Shown in pieces: positions 25,952-35,724 of a stretch of DNA of 64,000 bases (the stretch's first letter is position 1; each line of letters opens with the position of its first letter). The position numbers were made by a program, and so were the translations under genes. Source of the DNA: a virus; IMG/VR virus record IMGVR_UViG_3300043427_001127, positions 96,001-160,000 of that record; one strand, given 5' to 3'. The notes under the pieces were generated by a model. It was not told where the DNA came from. It made no database searches and was given only the letters and a program-made list of their open reading frames with translations.

Positions 25952-27034
25952 ATGACTGCAACTATCGCACAACGTCGCGGTGTTGGCAGTGGATGGGAAA
26001 GCTTCTGCGAGTGGGTTACCTCTACCAACAATCGTCTTTATGTTGGGTGGTTCGGAACTCTTATGATTCCTACCCTTCTTGCAGCAACCATCTGCTTCAT
26101 CATCGCATTCATCGCCGCTCCCCCCGTGGACATCGACGGCATCCGTGAACCTGTTGCTGGTTCGCTTATGTATGGAAACAACATCATCTCTGGTGCTGTC
26201 GTTCCTTCTAGCAACGCAATCGGTCTTCACTTCTATCCTATCTGGGAAGCCAACTCACTTGACGAATGGCTATATAATGGTGGACCTTTCCAACTGGTCG
26301 TCTTCCACTTTCTGATTGGTATCTATGCCTACATGGGTCGTGAATGGGAACTATCTTACCGATTGGGTATGCGTCCTTGGATTTGTGTTGCCTACAGCGC
26401 ACCCGTTGCTGCTGCTTCTGCAGTTTTCCTCGTCTATCCCTTTGGACAAGGTTCATTCTCTGACGCCATGCCGCTTGGCATTAGTGGAACATTTAACTAC
26501 ATGCTTGTTTTTCAGGCGGAGCATAATATCCTCATGCACCCCTTCCATATGCTTGGGGTGGCTGGTGTATTTGGCGGTTCTCTTTTCTCTGCTATGCATG
26601 GATCTCTGGTCACTAGCTCACTCGTTCGTGAAACAACTGAAACCGAATCACAAAACTATGGATACAAGTTCGGACAAGAAGAAGAGACCTACAACATCGT
26701 CGCCGCTCACGGATACTTCGGACGCCTCATCTTCCAATACGCTTCCTTTAACAACTCTCGTAGCCTACACTTCTTTTTGGCTGCTTGGCCTGTCGTTGGT
26801 ATTTGGTTTACTGCTCTCGGAGTTAGCACGATGGCATTCAACTTGAATGGTTTCAACTTTAACCAGTCCATTGTTGACAGTCAGAACCGTGTGATCCCTA
26901 CCTGGGCAGACATCCTCAATCGTGGTGGTCTGGGCATGGAGGTGATGCACGAGCGCAACGCTCACAACTTCCCGCTTGACCTTGCTGCTGCTGAGATGAC
27001 TCCTGTTGCTCTCACCGCACCTGCAATCGGTTGA
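25952..27034 (+). CDS. psbA: photosystem II D1 protein
   Basis: [16 protein letters not shown]...[13 protein letters not shown]; uninterrupted, 360 aa. Confidence 0.99.
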   Translation: MTATIAQRRGVGSGWESFCEWVTSTNNRLYVGWFGTLMIPTLLAATICFIIAFIAAPPVDIDGIREPVAGSLMYGNNIISGAVVPSSNAIGLHFYPIWEANSLDEWLYNGGPFQLVVFHFLIGIYAYMGREWELSYRLGMRPWICVAYSAPVAAASAVFLVYPFGQGSFSDAMPLGISGTFNYMLVFQAEHNILMHPFHMLGVAGVFGGSLFSAMHGSLVTSSLVRETTETESQNYGYKFGQEEETYNIVAAHGYFGRLIFQYASFNNSRSLHFFLAAWPVVGIWFTALGVSTMAFNLNGFNFNQSIVDSQNRVIPTWADILNRGGLGMEVMHERNAHNFPLDLAAAEMTPVALTAPAIG

Positions 27035-27060
27035 TACTTCAGTTAAAATCTGATATACTA

Positions 27061-27082
27061 GGAGGGGCAACCCTCCTTTTTT
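27061..27082 (+). terminator. intrinsic terminator
   Basis: GGAGGG-gcaa-CCCTCC-TTTTT. Confidence 0.85.
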
Positions 27083-27120
27083 ATTGCCATAAATATTCAA
27101 ACGATATTGGAGAAACATTG

Positions 27121-27471
27121 ATGGTAGATGAAGTGCTTGGTGTGCATCACATTGCTGAGTTATGCGAGTGCAATGCAGACCTTTTAAATGACTCAGCATT
27201 CATCAGCACTTCCCTTAGGCAAGCAGTAGAACATGCTAACGCAACACTGATTGAAGAAGTTAAATACGAGTTCACGCCACAGGGAATCACTGCTGTTTGC
27301 TTGCTATCAGAAAGTCATATCAGTATTCATACATGGCCAGAGAAAAGATATGCTGCCGTAGATATCTTTACCTGTGGCGACCACACCATGCCAGATAAGG
27401 CTTGCGAATACATGGTGGAGGTGTTAGAATGTATGCAACCAAACATTAAAGTATATTTTAGAGGAATATAA
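27121..27471 (+). CDS. speD: S-adenosylmethionine decarboxylase proenzyme
   Basis: LLSESHISIHTWPE..AAVDIFTCG. Confidence 0.95.
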   Translation: MVDEVLGVHHIAELCECNADLLNDSAFISTSLRQAVEHANATLIEEVKYEFTPQGITAVCLLSESHISIHTWPEKRYAAVDIFTCGDHTMPDKACEYMVEVLECMQPNIKVYFRGI

Positions 27472-27472
27472 A

Positions 27473-27727
27473 ATGAACATCATAGCGTATACACTTCCAG
27501 GTTGTCCATCTTGTAGTCATTTAAGAGAACTTTTTAGGAGAGCAGAAGTAGAATATAAAGAAGTGACAGTTAAAAACGATATGACTATTTCTGAGTTTAA
27601 CTCTTTACATCCAAATGTTTCTTCTTTTCCGTTTGTTGTTATAGACGGCGAACGTGTTGGTGGACTGGTTGAAGTAGTCAGAATGTTTGTTAAGAATGGA
27701 TTAGTAAGTAGTTCAAAGAAGGCATAA
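27473..27727 (+). CDS. glutaredoxin
   Basis: CPSC, FPFVVIDG..VGG. Confidence 0.88.
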   Translation: MNIIAYTLPGCPSCSHLRELFRRAEVEYKEVTVKNDMTISEFNSLHPNVSSFPFVVIDGERVGGLVEVVRMFVKNGLVSSSKKA

Positions 27728-27728
27728 C

Positions 27729-28112
27729 ATGGTTTTCCTTGAAGACATATATGATATTATTAATAATGCTATAGAACTGGCATTTTTTAATGAAAAATAT
27801 CAGTTGGATTTTTATGCGTATTTAAAATCTCAAAATTTTAAGAGGGAAACTATAACAGAGTTTCTAGGATCTAACTTATGTAAAGCTCTTCAGGATCAAA
27901 TACAAGAGATTGATATGTATTTAGATGGAGGAGACTCTGCTGCTCTGCTCAAAGAAGCATATAGTTGGATGGGAAAATCTAGAGCAAGAAAAGTTAAAGA
28001 TTATTTGAATACTATAGTTGAAGATGCTAAAAAATATGAACAATCAAAAAGGAGAGGAAGAAAACCAGGAAGCAAAAACAAAAAGAAAGGCACAGCAACT
28101 ACGAATAAATAA
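27729..28112 (+). CDS. conserved T4-like hypothetical protein
   Basis: LKEAY....K..ARK; basic RRGRKPGSK tail. Confidence 0.75.
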   Translation: MVFLEDIYDIINNAIELAFFNEKYQLDFYAYLKSQNFKRETITEFLGSNLCKALQDQIQEIDMYLDGGDSAALLKEAYSWMGKSRARKVKDYLNTIVEDAKKYEQSKRRGRKPGSKNKKKGTATTNK

Positions 28113-28125
28113 GGGTATAGAATTC

Positions 28126-28260
28126 ATGTTGCGTAGGAGGGTTGATAAAGTCAAACCTAAACATGGATTAAAACTGAGTAAAACATTCAACCTCCTACGC
28201 AGAACATTTCATTTTAATATGGAGTTCTCTTGGGAGGTTGACAAACCAACAAGGGAGTAG
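28126..28260 (+). CDS. small basic protein
   Basis: MLRRRVDK...; late promoter-like AATAAATA upstream. Confidence 0.5.
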   Translation: MLRRRVDKVKPKHGLKLSKTFNLLRRTFHFNMEFSWEVDKPTRE

Positions 28261-28264
28261 TAAG

Positions 28265-28507
28265 ATGGAGTCAGCAACACCATACATCCTGTTCTTCAGC
28301 GGGATAGGTATCATCGGTTCATTCGCTATTGGGTTCATCGCTGGGTGGTTCGGAAACGATATCATCTATGCATTTCTAAACAAGAACAGGATTGCTCCCA
28401 TGCATCCTGAAATGTTTGATGAAAACGGTCAACTGATTCCTGATGAAATCGTAGCGGTTCGCTTTGAAAATTCTGAAGATTTTGAGGAGTACGACGACGA
28501 GGATTAA
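28265..28507 (+). CDS. hypothetical membrane protein
   Basis: TM helix, HPEMFDENG...AVRFE; promoter TTGACA-17-TAAGAT at 28238-28266. Confidence 0.75.
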   Translation: MESATPYILFFSGIGIIGSFAIGFIAGWFGNDIIYAFLNKNRIAPMHPEMFDENGQLIPDEIVAVRFENSEDFEEYDDED

Positions 28508-29398
28508 ATGATTCTTATTGATATGAATCAGATTATGATTAGTAATCTGATGATGCAACTGAAGGGCGATGCTTTAAATGAAAATCTTGTTCGTCATATG
28601 GTGCTTACTGCCCTTCGCGCATTTGAAAGACAATACTCTCCTAAGTATGGTGAGATTGTTCTAGCTTATGACAGTAAGCACTACTGGCGGAAAGAAGCAT
28701 TTCCCTATTACAAACAGAATAGAAAGAAAGACCGAGAAGCATCTGACTTAGATTGGAATGCTATCTTTGAAGTCTTGAATAAAATACGCGATGAGATCAA
28801 AACGTTCTTTCCTTATAAGGTAGTAGAAGTATATGGTGCTGAGGCTGATGATGTTATTAGCACTCTTACTACCTATCAATCTTATCGCAATATTAAACTG
28901 CAGAAAGAAGGTAAAGATGCTGAGGAAGTATTGATTCTCTCGGGAGATAAAGACTTCATTCAGTTACAGAAGTATCCATTTGTGAAGCAATACAATCCGA
29001 TTCTTAAGAAAGAGATTAAACATGCAGACCCTAAAGCATACGCCAGAGAGCATATCATTAAGGGAGATAAGTCAGATGGCATACCTAACTTCTTATCTGA
29101 TGCTGATACATTTGTGGTAGGCAAGAGACAGAAACCTATAAGTAAGAAAAACTTAGAAAAGTGGGTCAATCTAGATCCATCTGTATTCTGTTTAGATCAA
29201 CAAGCCAGAGAAAACTATGAACGTAATCGAAAACTGATCGATCTTTCTTGTATACCTGAACATCTTGCCACTGAGATTGTATCTTATTACAAATCACTAA
29301 ATAGCAACGAAAGGAAAGTTCCATTAGAATACTTTCAGCAACATCAACTTACGAAGTTGATGGAAGATTTTGTATTTCGTAACACACAACCATTTTGA
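28508..29398 (+). CDS. rnh: T4-type RNase H (5'-3' exonuclease)
   Basis: ILIDMNQ, YWRK..FPYYK, EADD, SGDKDFIQL, GDKSDGIPN. Confidence 0.95.
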   Translation: MILIDMNQIMISNLMMQLKGDALNENLVRHMVLTALRAFERQYSPKYGEIVLAYDSKHYWRKEAFPYYKQNRKKDREASDLDWNAIFEVLNKIRDEIKTFFPYKVVEVYGAEADDVISTLTTYQSYRNIKLQKEGKDAEEVLILSGDKDFIQLQKYPFVKQYNPILKKEIKHADPKAYAREHIIKGDKSDGIPNFLSDADTFVVGKRQKPISKKNLEKWVNLDPSVFCLDQQARENYERNRKLIDLSCIPEHLATEIVSYYKSLNSNERKVPLEYFQQHQLTKLMEDFVFRNTQPF

Positions 29399-29404
29399 AC
29401 TGAC

Positions 29405-29854
29405 ATGGCAACTAAAACATACCGCCCTCTAATCTCAGAGGTGCTTCGTAAAGCTAACAACGCAAAGACTAAAGAAGAAAAGAAAAAGATTCTGCTTGAG
29501 AACAACACTCAGGTTCTTCGTTCACTGTTTATCTGGAACTTCGATGAGACTGTAGTTTCTATGCTGCCAGAAGGAGAAGTTCCTTATACTCCAAATCCAG
29601 CACCAGAAGGTACGGATCATCTTCTTTTGGAGAATGAGGGAAAGAAAATGTTTCACTTCGTAAAAGGTGGATCTGGTATTACTCAGAGTAAGCGTGAGCA
29701 AATCTTTTTGGGGATGATTGAAAATCTACATCCAGATGAAGCAGAAGTTCTTTGCTTGGTGAAAGATAAAAAACTACAGAAAAAATATACTCGTATTTCA
29801 AAAGCACTCATCGAAGAAACATTTCCTCAGATTCAATGGGGAGGTCGTAGCTGA
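29405..29854 (+). CDS. conserved T4-like hypothetical protein
   Basis: LPEGEVPY, KREQIF...LHPDEAE. Confidence 0.8.
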   Translation: MATKTYRPLISEVLRKANNAKTKEEKKKILLENNTQVLRSLFIWNFDETVVSMLPEGEVPYTPNPAPEGTDHLLLENEGKKMFHFVKGGSGITQSKREQIFLGMIENLHPDEAEVLCLVKDKKLQKKYTRISKALIEETFPQIQWGGRS

Positions 29855-30105
29855 TGAAGATTCTCCATCAAAACTGTGACCCCGAACTGGCAAACGATAG
29901 AGGTCTGCCATACACTGCTTACTTAGTTACCTATGAGATTGATGGAGCACTTGCTTACGATATAGTTATCCCAGATAAACAAATGGAAATCTTTGATTAT
30001 TATTGGGATAGATATAGAGAAGGTCTAAAAGGTTGGAAACAATCTGAAGGAAGAGTAAACCCCAAACTTTGGGGAAATAAACCACCAAAAGAAAAGAGGA
30101 AATAG
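29854..30105 (+). CDS. conserved cyanophage hypothetical protein
   Basis: LPYTAYLV.Y, IFDYYWD, GRVNPKLW. Confidence 0.8.
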   Translation: MKILHQNCDPELANDRGLPYTAYLVTYEIDGALAYDIVIPDKQMEIFDYYWDRYREGLKGWKQSEGRVNPKLWGNKPPKEKRK

Positions 30106-30108
30106 TAA

Positions 30109-30504
30109 ATGACTTTACAAGTTACTAATGGAGCTAAAAGTTTAGCACTTGCTTACTTGGTAGCAAATGATACTACGGTTGAAAATTTAAAACTTCGACT
30201 GTACAATAATGATTATACCCCCGACCAGGAAAGTATATCTTCAGATTTTATTCAAGTAACTTCTGGAAACGGATATGAAGAAAAAAGTTTAGTGGGATCT
30301 TCATGGTTAGTTAATGGAACTACCGCGTCATATCCTGTGCAAACGTGGGATTTTACTGGATCAGTTGGTAATATCTATGGGTATTATGTTATAACTGCAA
30401 CAAATAATACTGTTCTATTCGCAGAAAGATTTCCAAGTGCTCCCTATAATGTTGCTAATAATGGGGATAAGATTTCTGTAACATTAAACCTGACATCAAA
30501 CTGA
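30109..30504 (+). CDS. hypothetical beta-rich protein (structural-like)
   Basis: LKLRLYNND..P, IYGYYV, AERF..AP. Confidence 0.7.
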   Translation: MTLQVTNGAKSLALAYLVANDTTVENLKLRLYNNDYTPDQESISSDFIQVTSGNGYEEKSLVGSSWLVNGTTASYPVQTWDFTGSVGNIYGYYVITATNNTVLFAERFPSAPYNVANNGDKISVTLNLTSN

Positions 30505-30505
30505 T

Positions 30506-31150
30506 ATGACAATTCATTCGCAAGTTAAACTCATTTCCGTAACGCCAGATGCAGAAAAGACAATGGCATATGTTGCTAGAGTGTCTAACCCTAGTAACCA
30601 AGATAACGAGAACTATGCGGGGTTACTTCGTTATTGCATTAAGCATAATCATTGGTCTGTGTTTGAACAATCTCATATGACACTTGAGATTGAAACGAAT
30701 CGTGGTATCGCAGCTCAGATCCTGCGCCACCGTTCGTTTACATTTCAGGAATTTTCACAACGCTATGCTGATACCAATCTAATCACAGAACATATTCCTA
30801 TTCCTGATCTTCGCAGGCAGGATACTAAGAATCGTCAGAACTCTACTGATGATCTCGGTGAGTATGTCAAACTCAAGTTCCAGTCCGAGATTGCTGAGCA
30901 CTTTGCCGCTGCCAACAACCTCTACAAGCGCCTCCTAGACGCGGGAGTTGCCAAGGAGTGTGCCCGCTTCGTGCTGCCCCTGGCAACGCCCACAAGGATC
31001 TACATGACAGGCTCGTGCAGGTCATGGTTGCATTACATTGACCTTCGCTCTGCCCACGGCACCCAGAAGGAACACATGGTCATCGCTGAGCAGTGTAGAG
31101 AAATCTTTAAGGAGCAGTTTCCAGCGGTTGCGGAAGCAATGGAATGGTGA
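30506..31150 (+). CDS. thyX: flavin-dependent thymidylate synthase
   Basis: HWSVFE, QILRHRSFTFQEFSQRY, ARFVLP. Confidence 0.97.
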   Translation: MTIHSQVKLISVTPDAEKTMAYVARVSNPSNQDNENYAGLLRYCIKHNHWSVFEQSHMTLEIETNRGIAAQILRHRSFTFQEFSQRYADTNLITEHIPIPDLRRQDTKNRQNSTDDLGEYVKLKFQSEIAEHFAAANNLYKRLLDAGVAKECARFVLPLATPTRIYMTGSCRSWLHYIDLRSAHGTQKEHMVIAEQCREIFKEQFPAVAEAMEW

Positions 31151-31177
31151 TATAATAGGGTCAACCACGTAGACCCA

Positions 31178-31741
31178 ATGAATATTTTCTATCTCAGCTA
31201 CGATCCCCGAACGTGTGCCGCCGAGCATTGCGATAAGCATGTGGTTAAAATGATTGTTGAGTACGCTCAGCTTCTCTCCACTGCTCATCGTGTGCTTGAC
31301 GGCATTCCTTATACTGCCAAGACTGCTAACAATCGTAATATCAAACGCTGGCGACTTGACAAACCACGCGAAGATATTCTTTATAAAGCATCGCATATCA
31401 ATCACCCGTCTGCTGTGTGGGCAAGACAGTCACGGTCACACTACCGTTGGTTGTTTGATTTGTTTCAACACTGTTGTGTAGAATATACACGACGCTATGG
31501 TAAGTATCACAGCACAGAAAGTTTGGTTAGTTACCTTTGGGTTGCTCCTTTTAATATTAAAGATGCTGGGTGGACAGATCCTCCTCCCGCAATGCCTGAT
31601 AAATACAAGGTAACTGGAGATTCAATCCAGTCATACCGCAACTATTACGTCGGAGACAAAGTTGCTTTTGCTACTTGGAAGTCTCCATCTACACCCCCAT
31701 TATGGTTTATTGAAGATGCCAACTTACAAGTTCAAGGATAA
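31178..31741 (+). CDS. pyrimidine-dimer DNA glycosylase (DenV-family)-like protein
   Basis: MNIFYL...HCDKHVVKM.VE.AQLLST, H.NHPS..W, EYT.RYGK.H. Confidence 0.75.
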   Translation: MNIFYLSYDPRTCAAEHCDKHVVKMIVEYAQLLSTAHRVLDGIPYTAKTANNRNIKRWRLDKPREDILYKASHINHPSAVWARQSRSHYRWLFDLFQHCCVEYTRRYGKYHSTESLVSYLWVAPFNIKDAGWTDPPPAMPDKYKVTGDSIQSYRNYYVGDKVAFATWKSPSTPPLWFIEDANLQVQG

Positions 31742-31946
31742 TAATACTGGTGAAGAGTTTGAGAAATGGATGTATATGGCAGAGAGAGAACCATATCTTG
31801 AAGCCAATCCTCATATCACTCAGATGCCTACTATTCTCCATGCTGTTTCCGAGGTAGGAAACTGGCAGAACAAAACTGATAGCGATTGGAAACACGTTAT
31901 CAATCGTGCCGCAGATACACCTGGATCTAACATTAATCGTCTCTAA
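31716..31946 (+). CDS. FmdB-like small protein
   Basis: MPTYKF....TGE.FE. Confidence 0.65.
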   Translation: MPTYKFKDNNTGEEFEKWMYMAEREPYLEANPHITQMPTILHAVSEVGNWQNKTDSDWKHVINRAADTPGSNINRL

Positions 31947-31947
31947 T

Positions 31948-32706
31948 ATGCCTGTAAGAACTCGTAAAACAAAGCAAGCTGTTCCATCGGGAATGAGCGT
32001 CAAGCAAATGAAGCGCAAGAAGCCATTAAACATGGAGTATTTCGCTAAGGATATCGAACCTCTTACCGATTCACAACGTAAGATGTTTGAGGAGTGGGGA
32101 AATGATAAGCATCTATTTGCTTATGGTGCCGCAGGAACTGGTAAAACATTCGTTGCACTTTACCTCGCTCTTAAAGATGTTCTCAATGAGAATACTCCAT
32201 ACGAAAAAGTTTATATTGTTCGCTCACTCGTAGCAACCCGTGAGATTGGTTTCCTTCCTGGTGACCATGAAGATAAGTCATCGCTCTACCAGATTCCTTA
32301 TAAGAATATGGTGAAGTATATGTTTGAACTTCCTACTGATGAAGAGTTTGAACTACTCTATGGCAATCTAAAGAACCAGGGAACCATTAGCTTCTGGTCC
32401 ACTTCATTCCTTCGTGGAACTACAATGGACAACTGCATCATCATCGTAGATGAAATGCAGAACTTGAACTTTCATGAACTCGATTCTATCATCACTCGTG
32501 TGGGTCAAGATTGTAAGATTATTTTCTCTGGTGACGTTCAGCAAACTGACCTCGTTCGTACCAACGAACGTAACGGTATCCTTGACTTCCAGAAGATCAT
32601 TGGTACAATGGAAGAGTTTTCTTCTGTTGAGTTTGGCGTTCAGGATATCGTTCGTTCTGGTCTTGTTCGTTCTTATTTGATTAGTAAAATTAATTTGGGA
32701 TTCTAA
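31948..32706 (+). CDS. phoH: PhoH-like ATPase
   Basis: GAAGTGKT, EIGFLPG, FLRGTT, DEMQN, GD..QTDL. Confidence 0.96.
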   Translation: MPVRTRKTKQAVPSGMSVKQMKRKKPLNMEYFAKDIEPLTDSQRKMFEEWGNDKHLFAYGAAGTGKTFVALYLALKDVLNENTPYEKVYIVRSLVATREIGFLPGDHEDKSSLYQIPYKNMVKYMFELPTDEEFELLYGNLKNQGTISFWSTSFLRGTTMDNCIIIVDEMQNLNFHELDSIITRVGQDCKIIFSGDVQQTDLVRTNERNGILDFQKIIGTMEEFSSVEFGVQDIVRSGLVRSYLISKINLGF

Positions 32707-33381
32707 ATGTTTATTCATTCTTCGTTATTCACTCCTATTGAACTGGAACCTATCATGGTAGATGGTCGTAGGCTCTATCCAACACCTTCGGGTGGCAAGT
32801 ATCCTTCAATCACCACAGTTCTAGGTGTGTGCCCGAAGAAGAAAAAGAAACTCAATGAGTGGAAGCAGCGTGTCGGTCATGATAAGGCACAAGCAATCTC
32901 AACTCGTGCTGCCACACGCGGCACAAACTTTCACAAGATGGTTGAAGATTTGCTCAATAACTGCTATAATGAGAACAACTTCAAAGGGCAACCCCTCCCC
33001 CTTATGATGTTTAAAAATGCTGTTCCAACTCTTAATAGAATCACTCAGGTCTATTTACAAGAAGCAGCATTATATTCTGACCACCTGGAAGTAGCTGGGC
33101 GAGTTGATTGTATCGGTGAGTTTGATGGTATTCCATCCATCATTGACTTCAAAACCTCAAAGGAAGAGAAGAAAGAAGAATGGATGGAAGACTATTACAT
33201 TCAAGAGACTGCTTATGGGTGTATGTTTTATGAACTATATAATACACGCATTAAACAACTTGTTACTATCGTTGCCTGTGAGGATGGCAACACTCAAGTT
33301 GTGATTAAGCAACCTAAAAAAGAATATCTCGACAGATTAATCGAACTACGCTCTCTCTACCAGGAAATCTATGGAGGATAA
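32707..33381 (+). CDS. exonuclease (PD-(D/E)XK, Cas4-like)
   Basis: YPSITTVL, RGT.FH, AGRVDC, IIDFKTS, Q..AY. Confidence 0.9.
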   Translation: MFIHSSLFTPIELEPIMVDGRRLYPTPSGGKYPSITTVLGVCPKKKKKLNEWKQRVGHDKAQAISTRAATRGTNFHKMVEDLLNNCYNENNFKGQPLPLMMFKNAVPTLNRITQVYLQEAALYSDHLEVAGRVDCIGEFDGIPSIIDFKTSKEEKKEEWMEDYYIQETAYGCMFYELYNTRIKQLVTIVACEDGNTQVVIKQPKKEYLDRLIELRSLYQEIYGG

Positions 33382-33625
33382 AGATAAAATATTTGAGGAT
33401 AGATTTATGACCGTTGCGAAGTTTTCTGCAGAAGTAGAAACTCTTGTAAATAATGATGACATGAGTTACATTGATGCTATTATTCATTACTGTGACAGTA
33501 ATGAGATTGAACTGGAAACAGTTCCCAAGTTAATATCAAAACCATTAAAAGAAAAACTAAAACATGAAGCTCAGCAACTGAACTTCATCAAAAAAACATC
33601 CCGTGCAAAACTAATGTTAGTATGA
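33371..33625 (+). CDS. gp33: late transcription coactivator (T4 gp33)
   Basis: YIDAI..YC...IE.E....LISKPLKEKL..EA..LN. Confidence 0.9.
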   Translation: MEDKDKIFEDRFMTVAKFSAEVETLVNNDDMSYIDAIIHYCDSNEIELETVPKLISKPLKEKLKHEAQQLNFIKKTSRAKLMLV

Positions 33626-33966
33626 GCGACTTCTTTGATTCTGATATCGTCCGTAATGAGGCGAAAGAAATGGAGTTCCTGCAAATGAAAGCAATGGAAC
33701 TTACTCTTGCTGCTCCCATGAAGGGTAGCAAAGAGGATCAACTAGAATACATCAAAACTGTACGAGAACTGGTTGAAAAACAACAAGTGTTTTACATGCG
33801 TTTGAAACTTTCAGATGATCCTCGTGCAGTAGAAATGTGTGAGCAGATTGAAGAAGGTGCTAAGATGTTGTATGGGTGGTGGGAAACTGAAAACGTTCAG
33901 ACTCTCATGCGTAACATGCTAGACAAGCTCGATGAGTTTGAGCAGGAGATCGAGGCAGAGGGTTGA
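33622..33966 (+). CDS. DUF1825-like conserved protein
   Basis: FFDSDIVR, L.EKQ..FY.RL.LSDDP.A. Confidence 0.8.
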   Translation: MSDFFDSDIVRNEAKEMEFLQMKAMELTLAAPMKGSKEDQLEYIKTVRELVEKQQVFYMRLKLSDDPRAVEMCEQIEEGAKMLYGWWETENVQTLMRNMLDKLDEFEQEIEAEG

Positions 33967-33991
33967 CGCCGCCCCCTGCCCGTGGTATGAT
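33963..33991 (+). promoter_or_regulatory. sigma70-type promoter for gp32
   Basis: TTGACG-17-TATGAT. Confidence 0.7.
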
Positions 33992-34046
33992 GACTGGGTG
34001 ATGAGGCGTCACACAAACCAAATCCAAAACAATCCGAGGTAATCCT

Positions 34047-34967
34047 ATGTCTTTCGCTGATCTTAAGCGTAAATCTCAAAACTCCTTTGCTTCTCTGACT
34101 AAGGAACTTGAGAAAGCAAACTCTACTTCCACTGGCGATGATCGCTTCTGGAAACCTAGCGTTGACGCCGCTGGTAACGGGTTCGCTGTTATTCGTTTCC
34201 TCCCTGCACCTGATGGTGAGGAAATCCCTTTTGTGAAACTCTATTCCCACGCCTTCCAAGGTGATGGTGGTTGGTATATCGAGAACTCTCTCACCACCCT
34301 AGGTCAGAAAGATCCTGTGGGTGAAGTGAATCGCCGCCTGTGGAATAGTGGTCGTGATGCTGATAAAGAAACTGCCCGTAAGCAGAAGCGCAAGCTAACT
34401 TACTACGCCAACATCTATGTGGTGAGCGACAAAGCAAACCCCGAGAATGAAGGCAAAGTGTTCCTGTATAAGTTCGGTAAGAAAATCTTTGACAAGATTA
34501 CTGCCGCTATGCAACCTGAGTTTGAAGATGAAACTCCCGTGAATCCTTTCGATCTGTGGGAAGGTGCCAACTTCAAACTGAAAATCACCAACGTTGCTGG
34601 TTACTGGAACTACGACAAGTCTGAGTTCGCTGCTCCCTCTGCTCTCGCCGCCGATGATTCCAAACTGGAAAATATCTGGCGTCAGGCACACTCTCTCCAA
34701 GCATTCGTGTCTCCTGATAACTTCAAGAGCTATGAAGAACTGGAAGAGCGTCTGAATCTGGTGCTGGGTATCACTCAGACCCCTGCCTCTGCTCGTGCTG
34801 CTCAAGCAACCCGTGTGATGGATGAGGAAGAGGATGAAGAGTTCTCTGCTCCCGCTCCCGTTGCTCGCCGTGAACCTGCCCTGCCTAAGGTTGCAGTCGC
34901 TGCTGGTGTAGATGAGGATGAGGATGATGCTCTCAGTTACTTCGCTCGCCTCGCTGAGGAAGACTGA
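34047..34967 (+). CDS. gp32: single-stranded DNA-binding protein (T4 gp32)
   Basis: DDRFWKP, VIRFLP, WYIENSLTT, GKKIFDKI, acidic tail LSYFARLAEED. Confidence 0.97.
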   Translation: MSFADLKRKSQNSFASLTKELEKANSTSTGDDRFWKPSVDAAGNGFAVIRFLPAPDGEEIPFVKLYSHAFQGDGGWYIENSLTTLGQKDPVGEVNRRLWNSGRDADKETARKQKRKLTYYANIYVVSDKANPENEGKVFLYKFGKKIFDKITAAMQPEFEDETPVNPFDLWEGANFKLKITNVAGYWNYDKSEFAAPSALAADDSKLENIWRQAHSLQAFVSPDNFKSYEELEERLNLVLGITQTPASARAAQATRVMDEEEDEEFSAPAPVARREPALPKVAVAAGVDEDEDDALSYFARLAEED

Positions 34968-34994
34968 AATCAAAATCCATAGTTAAAAACCTTT

Positions 34995-35024
34995 TGGGCG
35001 GAAAAAAAATCCGCCCATTTTTTT
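34995..35024. terminator. terminator-like hairpin between convergent gp32 and gp53
   Basis: TGGGCGGA-A-rich loop-TCCGCCCA-TTTTTTT. Confidence 0.75.
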
Positions 35025-35036
35025 GTGTAAAAAAGT

Positions 35037-35723
35037 TTAGACTCCAGATTTCTTGGTGAATCTGTCTATGTATGATGTTGACTTAGAGTACTCTAGTTTC
35101 TCATCATATTGATCAATAAAATCTTGAACAAACTCTGGGCGAAGAAGATAGATATTTCTCTTTGCGTCGTTCAAAGTTTTTTCGTGCTCGTAGTTAGTTA
35201 CGATTCTACAGACTTGATTGCCGACTTTACTAGTCACTGTACCATTATCATTGTAGTAGAATGGTGTGGTATAAAAAGATCTCTCTACCTTTAATCCTTC
35301 TTTTAAAACTACAACTCCAGAAGAGTTTTTGATTTCGTATGTTTCATAGTGGTGTGTTCTGTCAGCTGGTAAAGTATTTTCTTCTCCAGATTCAAATGGA
35401 GCATAACGATATGCTGCATCCACCATATCATACAGATCAACTTCTTTTACTGGCCAATCAAAATAACTATTGATTATATTGTTGGTTATTAAAATAACCC
35501 AATCTAAATCTGATTTGTCATATGTTTTATACGCGAGAAAGTCAACGCGATCTTCATCAGTTAAAACATATTCATTAAAAAAGTTAGAAAAGTTATACGA
35601 CGAGTCTGTTAACTTGTGTCTTCTGAAAAAGTTTTTTGCTAAGACATATTCTCTTTCCGAGTATGGAAAGATCAGTGGTTTTTTGTCGTACTCTATATTT
35701 GGTATGCGATTAAAGTATGGCAT
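35037..35723 (-). CDS. gp53: baseplate wedge protein (T4 gp53)
   Basis: MPYF..IPN..Y, KNFFRR, DWVILITNNI....DWP, HHYET, N..KR.I.LL. Confidence 0.88.
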   Translation of the reverse strand: MPYFNRIPNIEYDKKPLIFPYSEREYVLAKNFFRRHKLTDSSYNFSNFFNEYVLTDEDRVDFLAYKTYDKSDLDWVILITNNIINSYFDWPVKEVDLYDMVDAAYRYAPFESGEENTLPADRTHHYETYEIKNSSGVVVLKEGLKVERSFYTTPFYYNDNGTVTSKVGNQVCRIVTNYEHEKTLNDAKRNIYLLRPEFVQDFIDQYDEKLEYSKSTSYIDRFTKKSGV

Positions 35724-35724
35724 T

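Noticed and set aside
25892-27034. Extended psbA start at 25892 and a possible intron or homing endonuclease
   Set aside because: The canonical MTAT start is at 25952 with GGAG upstream; the reading frame is continuous and of normal length
32707-33381. Cas4-like nuclease as evidence of CRISPR
   Set aside because: A standard T4-like cyanophage exonuclease; I saw no repeat-spacer array or other cas gene in the window
34395-34973. 192-aa antisense ORF (likewise 14395-15015 and many others inside nrdA, psbA and baseplate genes)
   Set aside because: Lie opposite well-supported genes and are explained by sense-strand codon bias; no SD or motifs
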